From Adineta vaga (lineage: Eukaryota > Animalia > Rotifera): DNA of 64,000 bases. The stretch spans positions 7,564,001-7,628,000 of the forward strand of contig CP075492.1 in NCBI GenBank assembly GCA_021613535.1. Reading direction: 5' to 3'. The notes below the pieces were generated by a model that was given only the letters and a program-made list of their open reading frames with translations, was not told the origin of the DNA and ran no database searches. The position numbers and the translations under genes were made by a program. Position 1 is the first letter of the stretch. Each line of letters starts with the position of its first letter. Positions 38,603-52,381 of the stretch are shown here, in pieces.

Positions 38603-39466
38603 TTACTTATCTTTATCATGTTTATGTTCAAATTCGACCAATGTATCAATAGGATTATCTTCTTTTCGAAGATTTTCAATTGATTCATCTTTCTTTGTAG
38701 GAATTTCACGTGTTTTAAGTAATTCTGTTTCGTAACGAATTAATTGTAATAAAAAGCCTTCATTTGGCCATATCTGAGGACGTTTTTCAACGAGAAAAAA
38801 GAACGCTTCATTTAATGTATTATGATGATATTTCATTAGATAGGCAAGAACAATGGTTGCTGATCGTGATACACCTAAAATTGACACGGAAATTTTAAAG
38901 ATGAGAGGCCATTTTATTCTCGATCTGTTTTACCAGCAGCACAGTGTACTAAACATCGTTCTTTTTTTTCATAAAATCCATGTAGTAATTCATTTGTTCG
39001 ATCAAAATGCTAAAATATGAAAATTTGATATCCTTATTTGTTTTGTTTTTGAAAGATCAATAATTTACCTGCTTAATATTCGTGCGAGGTTCGTCGGGCA
39101 TTGGGATATGTATAACATTGAAATTGTCAAGTATAGTTTGTCCTAATCCAAAATCACAGACATTAATGATATGTTCTAAAACAATCGCAATGCTTCGATC
39201 AATGAGATAACAAGAACAATATTAGTATACATACTGATTTGAAATCGGTGTAATAATTCTCGATTATTTGCATGTTGGATATTTCCAAGAAAAAGAAATT
39301 CATCGAGAACTATCGAAGGTTCTGCAGTAGTACGGAATCGATAGAATCGATCGAATGCTAGACCACGTTCATGTTCGAGAGTTTTCATTCGCTGACGTTC
39401 ATCATCGGTTATTTTAGACAGAGGATCTTCTTCCGTTGATGGTTTTTGATTGAAAAGGACTAGCAT
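38603..39466 (-). CDS. Atypical dual-specificity protein phosphatase, multi-exon
   Basis: PSIVLDEFLFLGN; spliced catalytic motif CLVHCAAG|VSRSATIVLAYLM; KRPQIWPNEGFLLQL. No rhodanese domain. Confidence 0.93.
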
Positions 39467-40062
39467 TTTTTGACTTATTAAAAGTATAATTACAAGTAGA
39501 ATCTAAAAGAATGATTTTTAAAGATAAGAAATCTAAACATTCAGGGAATTATCAGTATTTTTTTCGTCGACTAGAGCAAGTTATCTTTTCAAAGCAAATG
39601 ACAGATTTTAAGGCGATAGAAAAGTAAAAACAAGAAAAAACTTCGACTCCTTTTCTCGTCAACATTGACATGCGATGTGAGTAAACAAAACGCGCATTTC
39701 ATGTATTTCAATGTCTGGCAACAAAAACGCCAAACTTGAAATAAAGAACATACTTATTCTCCCAACTGCTCCTGTATTGTCAAGAATACATAGAATTGCT
39801 CATTAGCAGTTTGAATCGTATGCTAACACTATTTTATTATATAGTAATTAGCTTTATATTTGTCCTTTCCAAAAGAAAATACTGATAATTTCCTTGCTTG
39901 ATTATCTCGTGATATCACTTACCCAGTAGAAACGAGAAATGATAAAGTTAAGCAAAGCATCCAATATCATTGTAAAACGAATGATTGATAGCTGCTGGCT
40001 GAGTTGGCTCGGGCTCGGGTTACAGACAGAATACTCTGTGTCTGTGATTGATACTTTGGAAA

Positions 40063-40093
40063 TTCTATTGGTTCAAAATTTCAACCAATAGAA
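40063..40093. promoter_or_regulatory. Inverted pair of CCAAT boxes in the divergent DUSP/Ssdp intergenic region
   Basis: TTCTATTGGTT-caaaatttc-AACCAATAGAA: perfect 11-bp inverted repeat, each arm containing CCAAT/ATTGG. Confidence 0.45.
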
Positions 40094-40382
40094 AATCGAC
40101 ATAAGACTTTCTAAAGTGAAATTTCAACTTTTTTCTATGAGATTGATTTTTGAAATAGCAATCTTTTACTAATATTTATGATCTATATTGTTCTTCAATG
40201 ATTTTCTACTCGAAGAAAATTATTAGAGGACAAGAAAACGGAACAATGGTATCTACTTGACAGAATTTATTAACAGCAAATCAATCAATCTCTATATAGA
40301 TAGAATTTTTCTTTTCTTTCCTATCAAATGTTTATCCACAGTGAACTTCTTCATACGTAAAAGATCAAGAAAACATATTATC

Positions 40383-42390
40383 ATGTACGGAAAAAATAAA
40401 ACTCTTTCTGCTCCATCGGATATTCATGCCAAAGATAAGTTCGTATCGAAAATTCTTTCTTCGAAACAAATCTATAGATTTTTGTGTATCTTATAGATTG
40501 AATTTGTATGTTTACGAATATTTGTACCATATTGGTGCATCGAAAGCTGCTCAGGGATTTTGCGCGGATGTAAGTTAAAACTGCGTTTTTCTTTTAAATC
40601 GAAATCTTTCGAATACTTCAAAGATGAAATGGGAACCAAATAAAATGTCACTGGGTGAACCACCTGGATTTTTATTGAGTTGGTGGTGGTAAGATCAACG
40701 AAAATTTCAATATCTTTTACTTAAATAGAGATTGTTTTGTATCTACTAGTGTGTTTTGGGATTTATATAGTGCTGCACCTGAACGTCGGGATCAACATCC
40801 ACATTCAGAAGAAGCAAAAGCATTTCACGATTATGTAAAACATTGAAAAAGTCTTTGATTATATTTCAAAATCTGTTTTTATTTTCAATAGGGATTTATT
40901 AACGTTAATGGCATGCCTCCTCAAGTAAAGAAAAGAATTTTTCTATACGAAAACTTTTTGTATTGAATTCTATTTTATAGCCGAATGTAAATCCAAATGG
41001 TCCACCACCGATGCCAATGAATGTTAATGAAGGAATGCACAATCCAAATGTTCCATTTTTTTCCGTACGACAGACATTTTATTATCAAAAAGAATTTCAC
41101 TTTTTATCTTCATTATAGCCACAAGGACAACCAATGATGAGTCAGGTAGAATAAGAAGATTATATAATGCTAGAAGAAGTCTAATTTGTTACTCTAGTAT
41201 TCTCGTTTTCCAAATGCACCACCACGTTCACTTGTTCGTATGCCATCTCAACCTGAATATCCAGTATGAGTCGATGTTATAAAAGAAACGGATGAATATT
41301 TATATCTGAAAATTTGTAGGGAGGACCAATCATGCCACCACAAATGGATGGTGGACGAAATGGTATGTTGTTACCTATCATGTCTCATATCAATTCAACA
41401 GTTTTATTCGATTTAGGTTTACGAATGACTTCTCCAGGTGCTCGAATGCCAACTAATCCAATTGGTCATCCGGGTCCCGGTGGGCCATTATCAAATGCAT
41501 ATCGACCTCAAGGTATGTCACCATCGATTAATCAATCCGGAGCAAGAATGTATATGACAAATTCACCAGGGGTAAAGAACATCGTATAAATGTTTTATTA
41601 TGTATTAATTTTATTAGGTTGGATATTCCTCATCGTCACCTGCTCCGTATGGAGTATGTATTAATTTTTATTTTTTGAAAAAAAATGAACTTGTAATCAA
41701 TATTTTAGACACCTTGTCCGACAGGTCACGCACCGACAACACCAACCATGATGCCAAGTCCACAAGGTTTGTTCCAAAAAAATACATAGATGCAATAAAC
41801 TTCTTTAATGCTAAACAAAGAGTCTCCTAATCATTAGCTGTTGAAAATACACCATTTTCTAAGAATAACGAATATCGATTGATCTCGACACTTTCTTTGC
41901 ACTTTAGATTCAAATAGTGCAGAAATGCAATCATATGTGATGCGAAACATACCTCCCGGAATGGGTCCAGGACCAAATCCTATGGTACTACTATCTTAGA
42001 AAATCGTTTTTAAATAATCATCTATTATTCTAGTATCACGATCCACATCTATCTCATATACCACCTGATATGATTCATCATGGGCCAATAAATGGTTCGA
42101 TTGTTTTGTATCCTATTTGAATCATATTAATTTATGGTTTTTTAGGTGACTATGAGCAACAAATGAAACAATCACCCAATCAACAACAACAACAACAACA
42201 GTCTCAACAAGCACCTCCACCGCCACCACCACAAGATGTAACAACTTTTAATTATTCTGAAGATCCAAGCAATGATACCAATGCTATTCTAAAACTAAAA
42301 GAATCGATGCAAGAAGAAGTTAAAAAATTTGATAAAACACCTAATAATTCGAATAATGATGATTATAATCATTTTGGTTCGATTGGTTAA
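40383..42390 (+). CDS. Ssdp: Single-stranded DNA-binding protein of the SSBP2/3/4 (Ssdp) family, many small exons
   Basis: LUFS/LisH domain [16 protein letters not shown]|[18 protein letters not shown]..|..[12 protein letters not shown]|[29 protein letters not shown]; Pro/Met/Gly-rich middle; C-terminal [12 protein letters not shown]. Confidence 0.93.
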
Positions 42391-43302
42391 GATAACATTC
42401 CGCACACACATAGACGTTTTCTGATGGGGAAAATCTCATTTCATTTCCTTAATTCATGTTTCGTTCTTTCTTTTCTTTCTCTCTTTTTTTTTAGTGTGTG
42501 TGTCATTTGTTCATCTTTTTTACGATGTAGACTAATCTACATATTTGTGTGCGGACGAAAACAGTGATAGTGAACAAAGAGATAGAAGAAGAATTTCGTC
42601 GTGTTCGTTTTTTTTCCCTCAATGTCAAAAACATACACGAATTCTGTGCGACGAGTCTTCCAAACATAAATGGACAACATTTTGGTTAAAAAAAAAGGCA
42701 TAAATGCATCTTTATATATATATATATATAAATATGTACGTATGTATGTGTCTTCTCTCTGTATGATGTACATTTCTTCCTCGTTTTCTCTTTGTATAAG
42801 CAAACTTGGCTTCTTCTATATATCCTTAAATATACATATTTCAAGAAATGATTATTTGTGTGTTCTTATTATTTATTAAATATAGATCTAGAAGAATTCT
42901 CTAACAAGAAAACCAAACAAAGATTTACATTTCAGACTATTTAAATAGATCATCTGTTCAAATAGATTTGCATGTTTTTTCTTTAAACAAATCAAGTATT
43001 TGCTTTAATAAACAGTCATTTCATAATATCTCCAGTCAATCAATGAGAAATGTGAAGAAACGAGCAATTATTGATATATTATTTAGTCGTTATCGTGATG
43101 TATTTTTATTACGATTTCTGTTTACCAATATAATGTGACATGCATCGATGAGTTTGTTTCTTTTCTGTTTCTTTCCTTGATAAGAATAAAATGAACTTTA
43201 CATTGACAAGAAAAAAAACGTCAATTGTAGAAGTTTAGAAAGATATTTTTTGAGAAAGGATTACGAGATTAAATCTGATTGTGTATAGGACTGTTTTAGA
43301 TC

Positions 43303-45076
<1,774 letters not shown>

Positions 45077-45366
45077 ATCATTTTATGTAAATTTTACATA
45101 TATCTTTTGCTTCCGGTTTTCTCAGCTTCTTTTTTTTCTACAAAATATGAATAAATTTTTCTATTTTTATAATCTTTTCTTTACACAAACACAAAAAACA
45201 TGTGTGTGTGTATAGATGTGTTGGTTCTTATCTTCGTTATATAATTCTTATTCATTTTCTTTTTCAAAAAAAAGTGCTCGAAGAACAAATAGATAGAAGA
45301 GAAAAAGAAGGTAAGTTAACTTGTTCGTATTATATTTCGCAACATATGATCTAAAGATATTATCGA

Positions 45367-47904
45367 ATGGCAAGATCAATTATACCATGTTTAATAAATG
45401 GTGTTCGAACACCAGTCGATGACACACTTCCAATGACGTGTATGATTGAAAGTTCTCAACTTGTTGAAGGACATGGGGTAAATAAATAATGAATTAAATT
45501 TAATCGGATAATTTGAATGAATATATTCAATTAGGAATATTCGATTCGAGTTCTACGAGCTTTACATGATCCATCTGGTTCATGGCTTGTTACGCGACGT
45601 TTTAGAGAATTTGATGACCTTAATAATATTTTAAAAGAGTATGGTTTTGACTTTGAATTACCGAAGAAAAAACTTCTTGGAAGAACTGATCGAACATTTA
45701 TGGCTGAAAGACAAAAAGGTCTTCAAGTATGAAGAATTTTTTGAAATGAAGTTTTTCATTTTGAATACATATTTTCTTTCACTAGATTTATTTGGATACA
45801 CTTGTTCAACAGTTTGAACTTTGTAATTCCTTAGTTGTTCAACGTTTTCTCGATCCTGATAATCATACGTTGAACTATCCAGGTATTACTACTATTGAAA
45901 CAAGAATATTTCCTTTAGAAAACTTCTTATTGCATTTAGAAATCGCATTACAACACGTATCGATGTTTATTCGTTCAACGAATAACATTTATCAACTTGT
46001 CGAACAAATACCGGATCTAGGATGGCGATATAATAAAAGTTATTTTTTAGCTACAAAAGTTGGATCTGGTAAAGATGATCGTTATCTTTTATCTTGGGTA
46101 TTATGATATATTTCAATTGAGAATCGTTTCTTTTTTCAAAATATCGATCTCTATTTTTTAGTGCCATTATGGATTGGATAAAGCACTTGGAGATAAAGAG
46201 ACTAATAATTGTTTGAAATTATTAAAAAACATTGCGGTTCGTATTTTTTTTTATAGAATTTTCCTACATAATATATAGGTTCGTTTATAGCATCCATTAA
46301 TCGTTCCAATTGATGACATTTATGCTAATGAAATTGGTACACTTACTGTATATCGACTTTATCCAAAAGGTTCATTAAAAGATTATCTTCATCAAGTAAA
46401 GAAAATCATATTTTGAGTTTGTTTTCGTTTACGTATGTTGCTTTAGACAAAACCAACGAATGGTGCCTATTGGAAACGGTATGGTCGAAAAACAGCAACT
46501 CGTACATGTGATTTAACACAAATAAAACAATTTGGTCGTTTTATTCTTGAAGCATTACATTTCATATATGATAATGGCCTTGTTTATGGTCATTTACATT
46601 CTGGTAATATTCTATTTGATACGGATCAAGCTTTACCAATTAAATTACTCGATATTGTCAATGCGGTTACTGGTGTTTCATCAAAATATCGATGTTATAT
46701 TTCTAATCTAAAACAAATTCGTGTATGTAAAACAGAATATTATCTTTATTCAAAAGATTTTTATTTTTCTTTTGTTTTTAGACACTTGAACAATCCGATG
46801 TATATGGTTTTGGACGAGTATTATATGAATTATCAACTGGAGAAGAATGTCCAACAAGTGTTTCGATGCAATTTCCAAGTGTAGTACCAATACCTGTTCA
46901 ACATATTCTTTTGAAGATATTTGCACCAACAGGCGATTTACCGACTATTCAAGAACTACTGAATGATTCGTATGACACATTTCTTCGTTTGTCTTGTTTC
47001 TTTTTTCGTAATGCTAGTTTTATTTTTCCAGTTTTTTTCAATCGACAACTTCCAATAATATTGAACGATTTCAAGTGAAATTTAGTCAAAAAGCGAAAGA
47101 TGCATTCGAACAAATCGCTCGAACAGCTCAAAATAGATTTGAAGGCGATCAAACAAAAGTAGATTTTTATTTCTGAAATCGGATTGAATTTAATTCTCTA
47201 CAATTAGATTAAAAATGCTCAACGTCGTACCATATTAACCAATCATCTCATGTCCGATGAAGGAAAATTGCGACGACGTAAAGAAAAACAAGTTCGTTAA
47301 TCATCCAAAATAAAACTAATATTCATTATTTATCTGTCTTTAGGCTAGAGCGCTTGAACAAAGTATTGATTCTAGCAGCAATCTTCAAAGCACATCAAGT
47401 ATGTAAAAGTATTTCTAATAGTGAATATATTTCATTTTACTCTTAAGAAAATATATAATATCAAGTAAGATGATAACTTTCTAATGCTGCATGTTCACTT
47501 CATTGAGGAAAAAACGACAACGATATTGATAATATATTTGATTTGATATTTTCTTTCTCACTGTAGAAACTTTACAACGTTCAATTAGTGTCGATCCATT
47601 ACAATTATCAACTGAACGAGCAATACCAAGAAGACCTCTTACACCGAATCTAAGTGTTGATATACCAAATTCTTCTCAATCACCGCTAGCAGCTCCTCCA
47701 ACTGCAGCAATAAAAACAGCTACAGCAGCTCCTCCACCACCACCTCCGCCTCCACCGCCACCGCCAGCTTCAGCACCACCTCCTCCTGCGGCTAGTGGTG
47801 GTGGTGGTGATCGATCACAATTATTAAGTTCTATTACAGATTTTAGTCATGCTAAACTAAAGAAAGCGAAAACCAATGATCGTAGTGGACCAAAATTCAA
47901 ATAA
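45367..47904 (+). CDS. PXK: PX-domain pseudokinase (PXK/Slob-like) with polyproline tract and C-terminal WH2
   Basis: PX domain (WLVTRRFREFDDL, LPKKKLLG..FMAERQKGLQ); degenerate kinase (DLGWRYNKSYF, GSLKDY, YGHLHSGNI); polyPro tract; WH2 DRSQLLSSITDF..AKLKKAKTNDRSGPKF. Confidence 0.92.
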
Positions 47905-48131
47905 ATATATTGATTACACCCCGACCGTTTTATGACCCTTTTCTTTTCTTTTTTTTTTATAACTCCAATACATATGAAGAACTTTCTCTTGCATTTTTTT
48001 TGCATCTATGTACTCGTATATAATCATTGGCGGGTGTTTTTGAAAAAAACAAAGATATCTTCGTTTGTTGTTAATACTATCTTAAATGAAATAAAAAGAA
48101 GACAGAAGTTTTTGTTTTGTTGTCATAAATC

Positions 48132-49262
48132 ATGGCGATGAGTTGTTGTAAATCAGTTGATGAGCCAACAATGGAGACGAAATATATAGAATGGATGAGA
48201 AATCTTCCGATAGAACTACATAATGAACCAATTACGAAAATTGCAATTCCAGGTATGAATAAAAAAGTATTCCGAAATCAAAATTATTCTTTTACTAGGT
48301 ACACATGATTCTTTTGCGTTTTATTTATCACGTCATGCTGGACCGGATTTAGATGCAGCTTTACGTCGTGTACATATATTGATCAGTCCAATTATTAAAA
48401 ATTGGAGCATTACACAGAATTTAACCTTTGCTGGTAAGTAATTTGTTTTCTTTTTTTTATTATTTCATGTGATTTAACAAAAAAATAGAACAATTACATA
48501 TTGGTCTTCGATATTTTGATTTACGTGTTTGTTGTACAACAAATGAATCTCAATCAAAAAAAGGTTCATTTTCCTTTACACATGGTCTATTGGGTGGTTC
48601 AGTTCGTAATGGTCTAGCAGAAATCAATGAATTTCTTAATCAACATTCGAGAGAAATTGTTCTATTAGATTTTAATCATTTTTATGATTTTAACGATCAA
48701 TGTGGTCATGAACAGTTCATTGAATTAGTTCATGAAATTTTTGGTCAGAAAATTTGTACGACAGCAGAAAATATTATTGAATGTACATTGAATTATCTAT
48801 GGAATAATCAACAACAAGTTATTTTACTTTATGGACAAAATCGTGATCAATGTTCGGCCTATATGGATCGAATAGGTCATTTTTTTCAGGTAAAATGACT
48901 TCAATTGAAAGAAATCTATAAATATTCTGTAGATTTGTCAATCACCTTGGGCAAATACACCACGAGTCGATGATCTATTTCGTTTTCTTGATGAAAAAGT
49001 CTCTACCTCTCGCTCAACTACATGTATGAATGTTGTTCAAGGTCAAATTACACCCGACAGTGCAACAATACAAAATAATCCATTTAGTTCACTTGAAAAT
49101 CAAGCACGAGTAACAAATCAACGATTAATTGAATGGCTTGCATCCCGTCAACGTGATCCTTCGCTAATCAATGGTGTAAATGTTGTAATCTGTGATTTTG
49201 CTGATCAAAAATTTGCAGAAACTGTGATCATGCTTAATCATCAAAAGAACACATCTTTATAA
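48132..49262 (+). CDS. PLCXD: PI-PLC X-domain-containing protein (PLCXD family)
   Basis: WMRNLP...IAIPG|THDS, WSITQ, QLHIGLRYFDLRV, HGL, EIVLLDFNHFY, SPWANT, NVVICDF. Confidence 0.92.
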
Positions 49263-49581
49263 TTATAATAATAAAAAAAGAAATACTAAAATTCTAGTTG
49301 ACAGTTGATTGTACTTATTTAATCTTTTGAGAATGGGTCAAATAACTGACAAGGTTGAACTTAATACTTTCGAACAGTACGAAAAATATCAAATGAGTCT
49401 GTTGACATTAACAATGATAAATATTCGTATGCGAAAGAAGAAAAAAAAAGACGAAACGATCATTGTGTCGACAGCTTTTTCCTTATCGCATGCTGTAGAA
49501 AATGTATTTTTTTTAATTATATATACTTGTACTTTATCGTTGTTTTCGCATGTTTACTTTTATCAATTACTATCAACGCTG

Positions 49582-50691
49582 ATGATATCGTGCAATGACT
49601 GTAATAGAATAAAACTTCTTACGATTATTAAAAATGAAGTAACATGGGGAATTTTTGTGATATTTTGTTGTACTCTATCATTAATTATTATCTGGGCTTC
49701 AAATCATCCAATTGAATGGCAAGAATACAAAGATCCTGTTCATGAACAAGGTCTTCTAGCGATCATTGGTGGTATTTTTACTTTTGTAGCAACTGGAATG
49801 TCATTCGTTCAAATTTGTCAACATTTTTTTCATAAAACTCATCATCAATCACAAAAACGTATTATGCGAATTTTAGCCATGGTACCGCTCTATGCTATTA
49901 CATCATGGATATCAATTTTATATTTTACATCGGCAATTTATATGGAATTGATTAAATCTTGTTTTGAAGCTTATATTATCTATTGTTTTCTTTTATTATT
50001 AACGAAATATCTTGGTGGACATCGTGGTGTTGAAGAAGTGATTTTAAATCAAGAAAAAATCAAATTACCATTTCCATTTCGTTTTATTAAACCACAATCA
50101 CATTTGAAATGGATTTGGTATTTTAAACTTAGCCTTCTACAATATACATGGATTAGTCCAATATGTTCAGCTATAGCTGTTGTACTTAATTTAGCAGGCG
50201 TTTATGATGATGGTGAATGGAATTTTCGTCGTGGTTTTCCCTATATAACCATTATTATCAATATTAGTCAAATAATTGCTTTGTATATGTTGATAGCATT
50301 TTATGCCAATGCAAAAGAAGCATTAAAACCATTTAAACCATTACCAAAATTTATTGTTATTAAATTAATTGTTTTTTTTATTTTTTGGCAAACTGTTTTA
50401 ATGAGTGGTCTTGCTGCCGTTGGAGTATTGAGAAATACAACATGTGATCCAATAACGAATAACTATTGTAATGGTTCAACAACTGGATTTACTGTTGAAG
50501 AAGAAAATATCTTACTATCGAATATATTGATTTGTGTTGAAATGGTAGGTTTTTCAATAGCACATCATTGGATATTTAGTTGGAAACATTATGCCGATGG
50601 ATCATTTAAGAACATTCTCGAATCACGCTATCGTCAAATGAATGATAACAAAGATGATACTGAACTAGATGTATTTATCACACGATTGTAA
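49582..50691 (+). CDS. TMEM184: TMEM184 / organic solute transporter alpha (Ostalpha) family protein, intronless
   Basis: RILAMVPLYAITSW, CFEAYIIYCF..LLTKYLGG, KPLPKFIVIKLIVFFIFWQ, ILICVEM...AHHWIF. Likely start at ATG 49582; the upstream part of the ORF looks like UTR. Confidence 0.88.
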   Translation: MISCNDCNRIKLLTIIKNEVTWGIFVIFCCTLSLIIIWASNHPIEWQEYKDPVHEQGLLAIIGGIFTFVATGMSFVQICQHFFHKTHHQSQKRIMRILAMVPLYAITSWISILYFTSAIYMELIKSCFEAYIIYCFLLLLTKYLGGHRGVEEVILNQEKIKLPFPFRFIKPQSHLKWIWYFKLSLLQYTWISPICSAIAVVLNLAGVYDDGEWNFRRGFPYITIIINISQIIALYMLIAFYANAKEALKPFKPLPKFIVIKLIVFFIFWQTVLMSGLAAVGVLRNTTCDPITNNYCNGSTTGFTVEEENILLSNILICVEMVGFSIAHHWIFSWKHYADGSFKNILESRYRQMNDNKDDTELDVFITRL

Positions 50692-50793
50692 CGTGAAAAA
50701 AGAAATGTATGTTTATTTTGATATTTTATATTTAAAAAAAGAAGAATAACGGTGATTCAGTTCGAGTATAGTAATATATTTTTATAGAAATTG

Positions 50794-52293
50794 TTAATCT
50801 CGCTTCGATATTTTTACGAAAACTGGTTTCGTTGGACGACTTAAACCTGCCAATTGCTTTTTGTTAATTGTTTTTTCGAAATCAATCGATTCTGGCATGA
50901 TTTCAATTTTACATAGTTTTGCTAATCGAATAAGAACTAATCTGATTTGTGTTTTGACATATTTCTCTCCCGTACAAGGATGTTTACCACGTCCAAATGG
51001 CATTGCTTTGTATGGATCAGCTTTCATTTCTTCTCGTGGTTTTAAATGCCGATCGGGATCAAATTTAAAAGGATCTACGTATAATTCTCGAGCACGACTA
51101 AGAGGATTGAGAACCAAATTTCCCGATGGAATAAATTTATTGTCTGAAAGTGGAATGTCTTCGCTAGAATACCGGACGGCTACAGGAAATTCCGTATGCA
51201 TTCGAAGTATTTCATAAATACATGCTTGAATATATTCTAATGAATTTAAATAATCAATAGTAATTTCACCAAGTACGGGTGCACTATCAATTTCTTCTTG
51301 AAGTTTATGACCAACTTCATCATGTTCATGACGACTCCACTCCAGAAGCATATATGCCATTGTTGTATAAGTATTGAGTTGTGCTGGGAAAAAAATTGAA
51401 TAAACAAGATAAGCAACATAGCGGAGCGTAAACAATTTGCCATGTTGTTCTAAATCTTTCTTAGCATATTTAACAGTTTCATACATAATATTGATATCTT
51501 TCGGTTCAATATTATTTTCAATCATTTTCAAACATTGATTGACATCAGGTGTTATAAGTTCGATCCATTTTTCCCAAGCAATATCTTTTCCACTACGAAT
51601 TCCTAATCGTGATACAAGACCATGTGTAAATGGATTCATGAAACTTTTGTCAGCATCTAATTTAGTAAAAAGTTCAATCACTTGTGTAACATGATTTTTA
51701 TAAACTCGAGGTGACATGAAATTTATCGAATTCAAACGTAATACTAAACGATAGACAAAATCAAATATATCGACTACTACATCGTTACCATTTTCTGTCC
51801 AAAATCGGCCATTTTTTTGATTGAAATAATCGTCAATAGCAATGTCGAAGTTCATTGTCATGAGACGTAAACATTGTGGTGTTAAAATTTTTTGTATATA
51901 AGGAACTGCATTGTGATTTTCTATATAATGACTTTCTGGATATGCTGGTCCTAACAAGAGAGTGGCCGCGCGTCGTAAACTGAGCGCTTCGTCAGCTGAA
52001 TTATAATATGTTTTTATATCCGTATATTTTGTAATGAATGTTACATGTTTTCCAAGAAGTAAAACTGTAAAATTTTCACCAAATTTCTCACGCCATTTGT
52101 TCACGGATGCTTCCAAATTTAATAATGCAAGAACGGGACCTAAGAATGGACAATACCATGGTTCGATAATGACCGGTGGATATTTTGGATCAAAATTATG
52201 CCGTTGAGCAGATAAATAACGAACATAGACATGAAATGTGACAACAGCAAGAAGGTAAAGAAAAATTAGAAGAAGAATCCATGTGACTTCCAT
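50794..52293 (-). CDS. Cytochrome P450, CYP7/CYP51-clan-like, intronless
   Basis: N-terminal TM anchor plus Pro hinge, K-helix EILR, FDPDRH, heme motif PFGRGKHPCTGE, I-helix FFPAQLNTYTT. Confidence 0.95.
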   Translation of the reverse strand: MEVTWILLLIFLYLLAVVTFHVYVRYLSAQRHNFDPKYPPVIIEPWYCPFLGPVLALLNLEASVNKWREKFGENFTVLLLGKHVTFITKYTDIKTYYNSADEALSLRRAATLLLGPAYPESHYIENHNAVPYIQKILTPQCLRLMTMNFDIAIDDYFNQKNGRFWTENGNDVVVDIFDFVYRLVLRLNSINFMSPRVYKNHVTQVIELFTKLDADKSFMNPFTHGLVSRLGIRSGKDIAWEKWIELITPDVNQCLKMIENNIEPKDINIMYETVKYAKKDLEQHGKLFTLRYVAYLVYSIFFPAQLNTYTTMAYMLLEWSRHEHDEVGHKLQEEIDSAPVLGEITIDYLNSLEYIQACIYEILRMHTEFPVAVRYSSEDIPLSDNKFIPSGNLVLNPLSRARELYVDPFKFDPDRHLKPREEMKADPYKAMPFGRGKHPCTGEKYVKTQIRLVLIRLAKLCKIEIMPESIDFEKTINKKQLAGLSRPTKPVFVKISKRD

Positions 52294-52356
52294 TTTGAAA
52301 TAAAATCAATCAACGAAAATCTGGAATGAAATTGAATATCTGAGAATTTACAAGAT

Positions 52357-52381
52357 TTTTATATGACCTTGTTCAGGTCAT
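52357..52381 (-). promoter_or_regulatory. TATA box with an abutting everted nuclear-receptor-type repeat (ER5) upstream of the P450
   Basis: Minus-strand TATAAAA at 52363-52357, 64-70 nt upstream of the ATG; ATGACCT-tgttc-AGGTCAT at 52363-52381. Confidence 0.55.
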
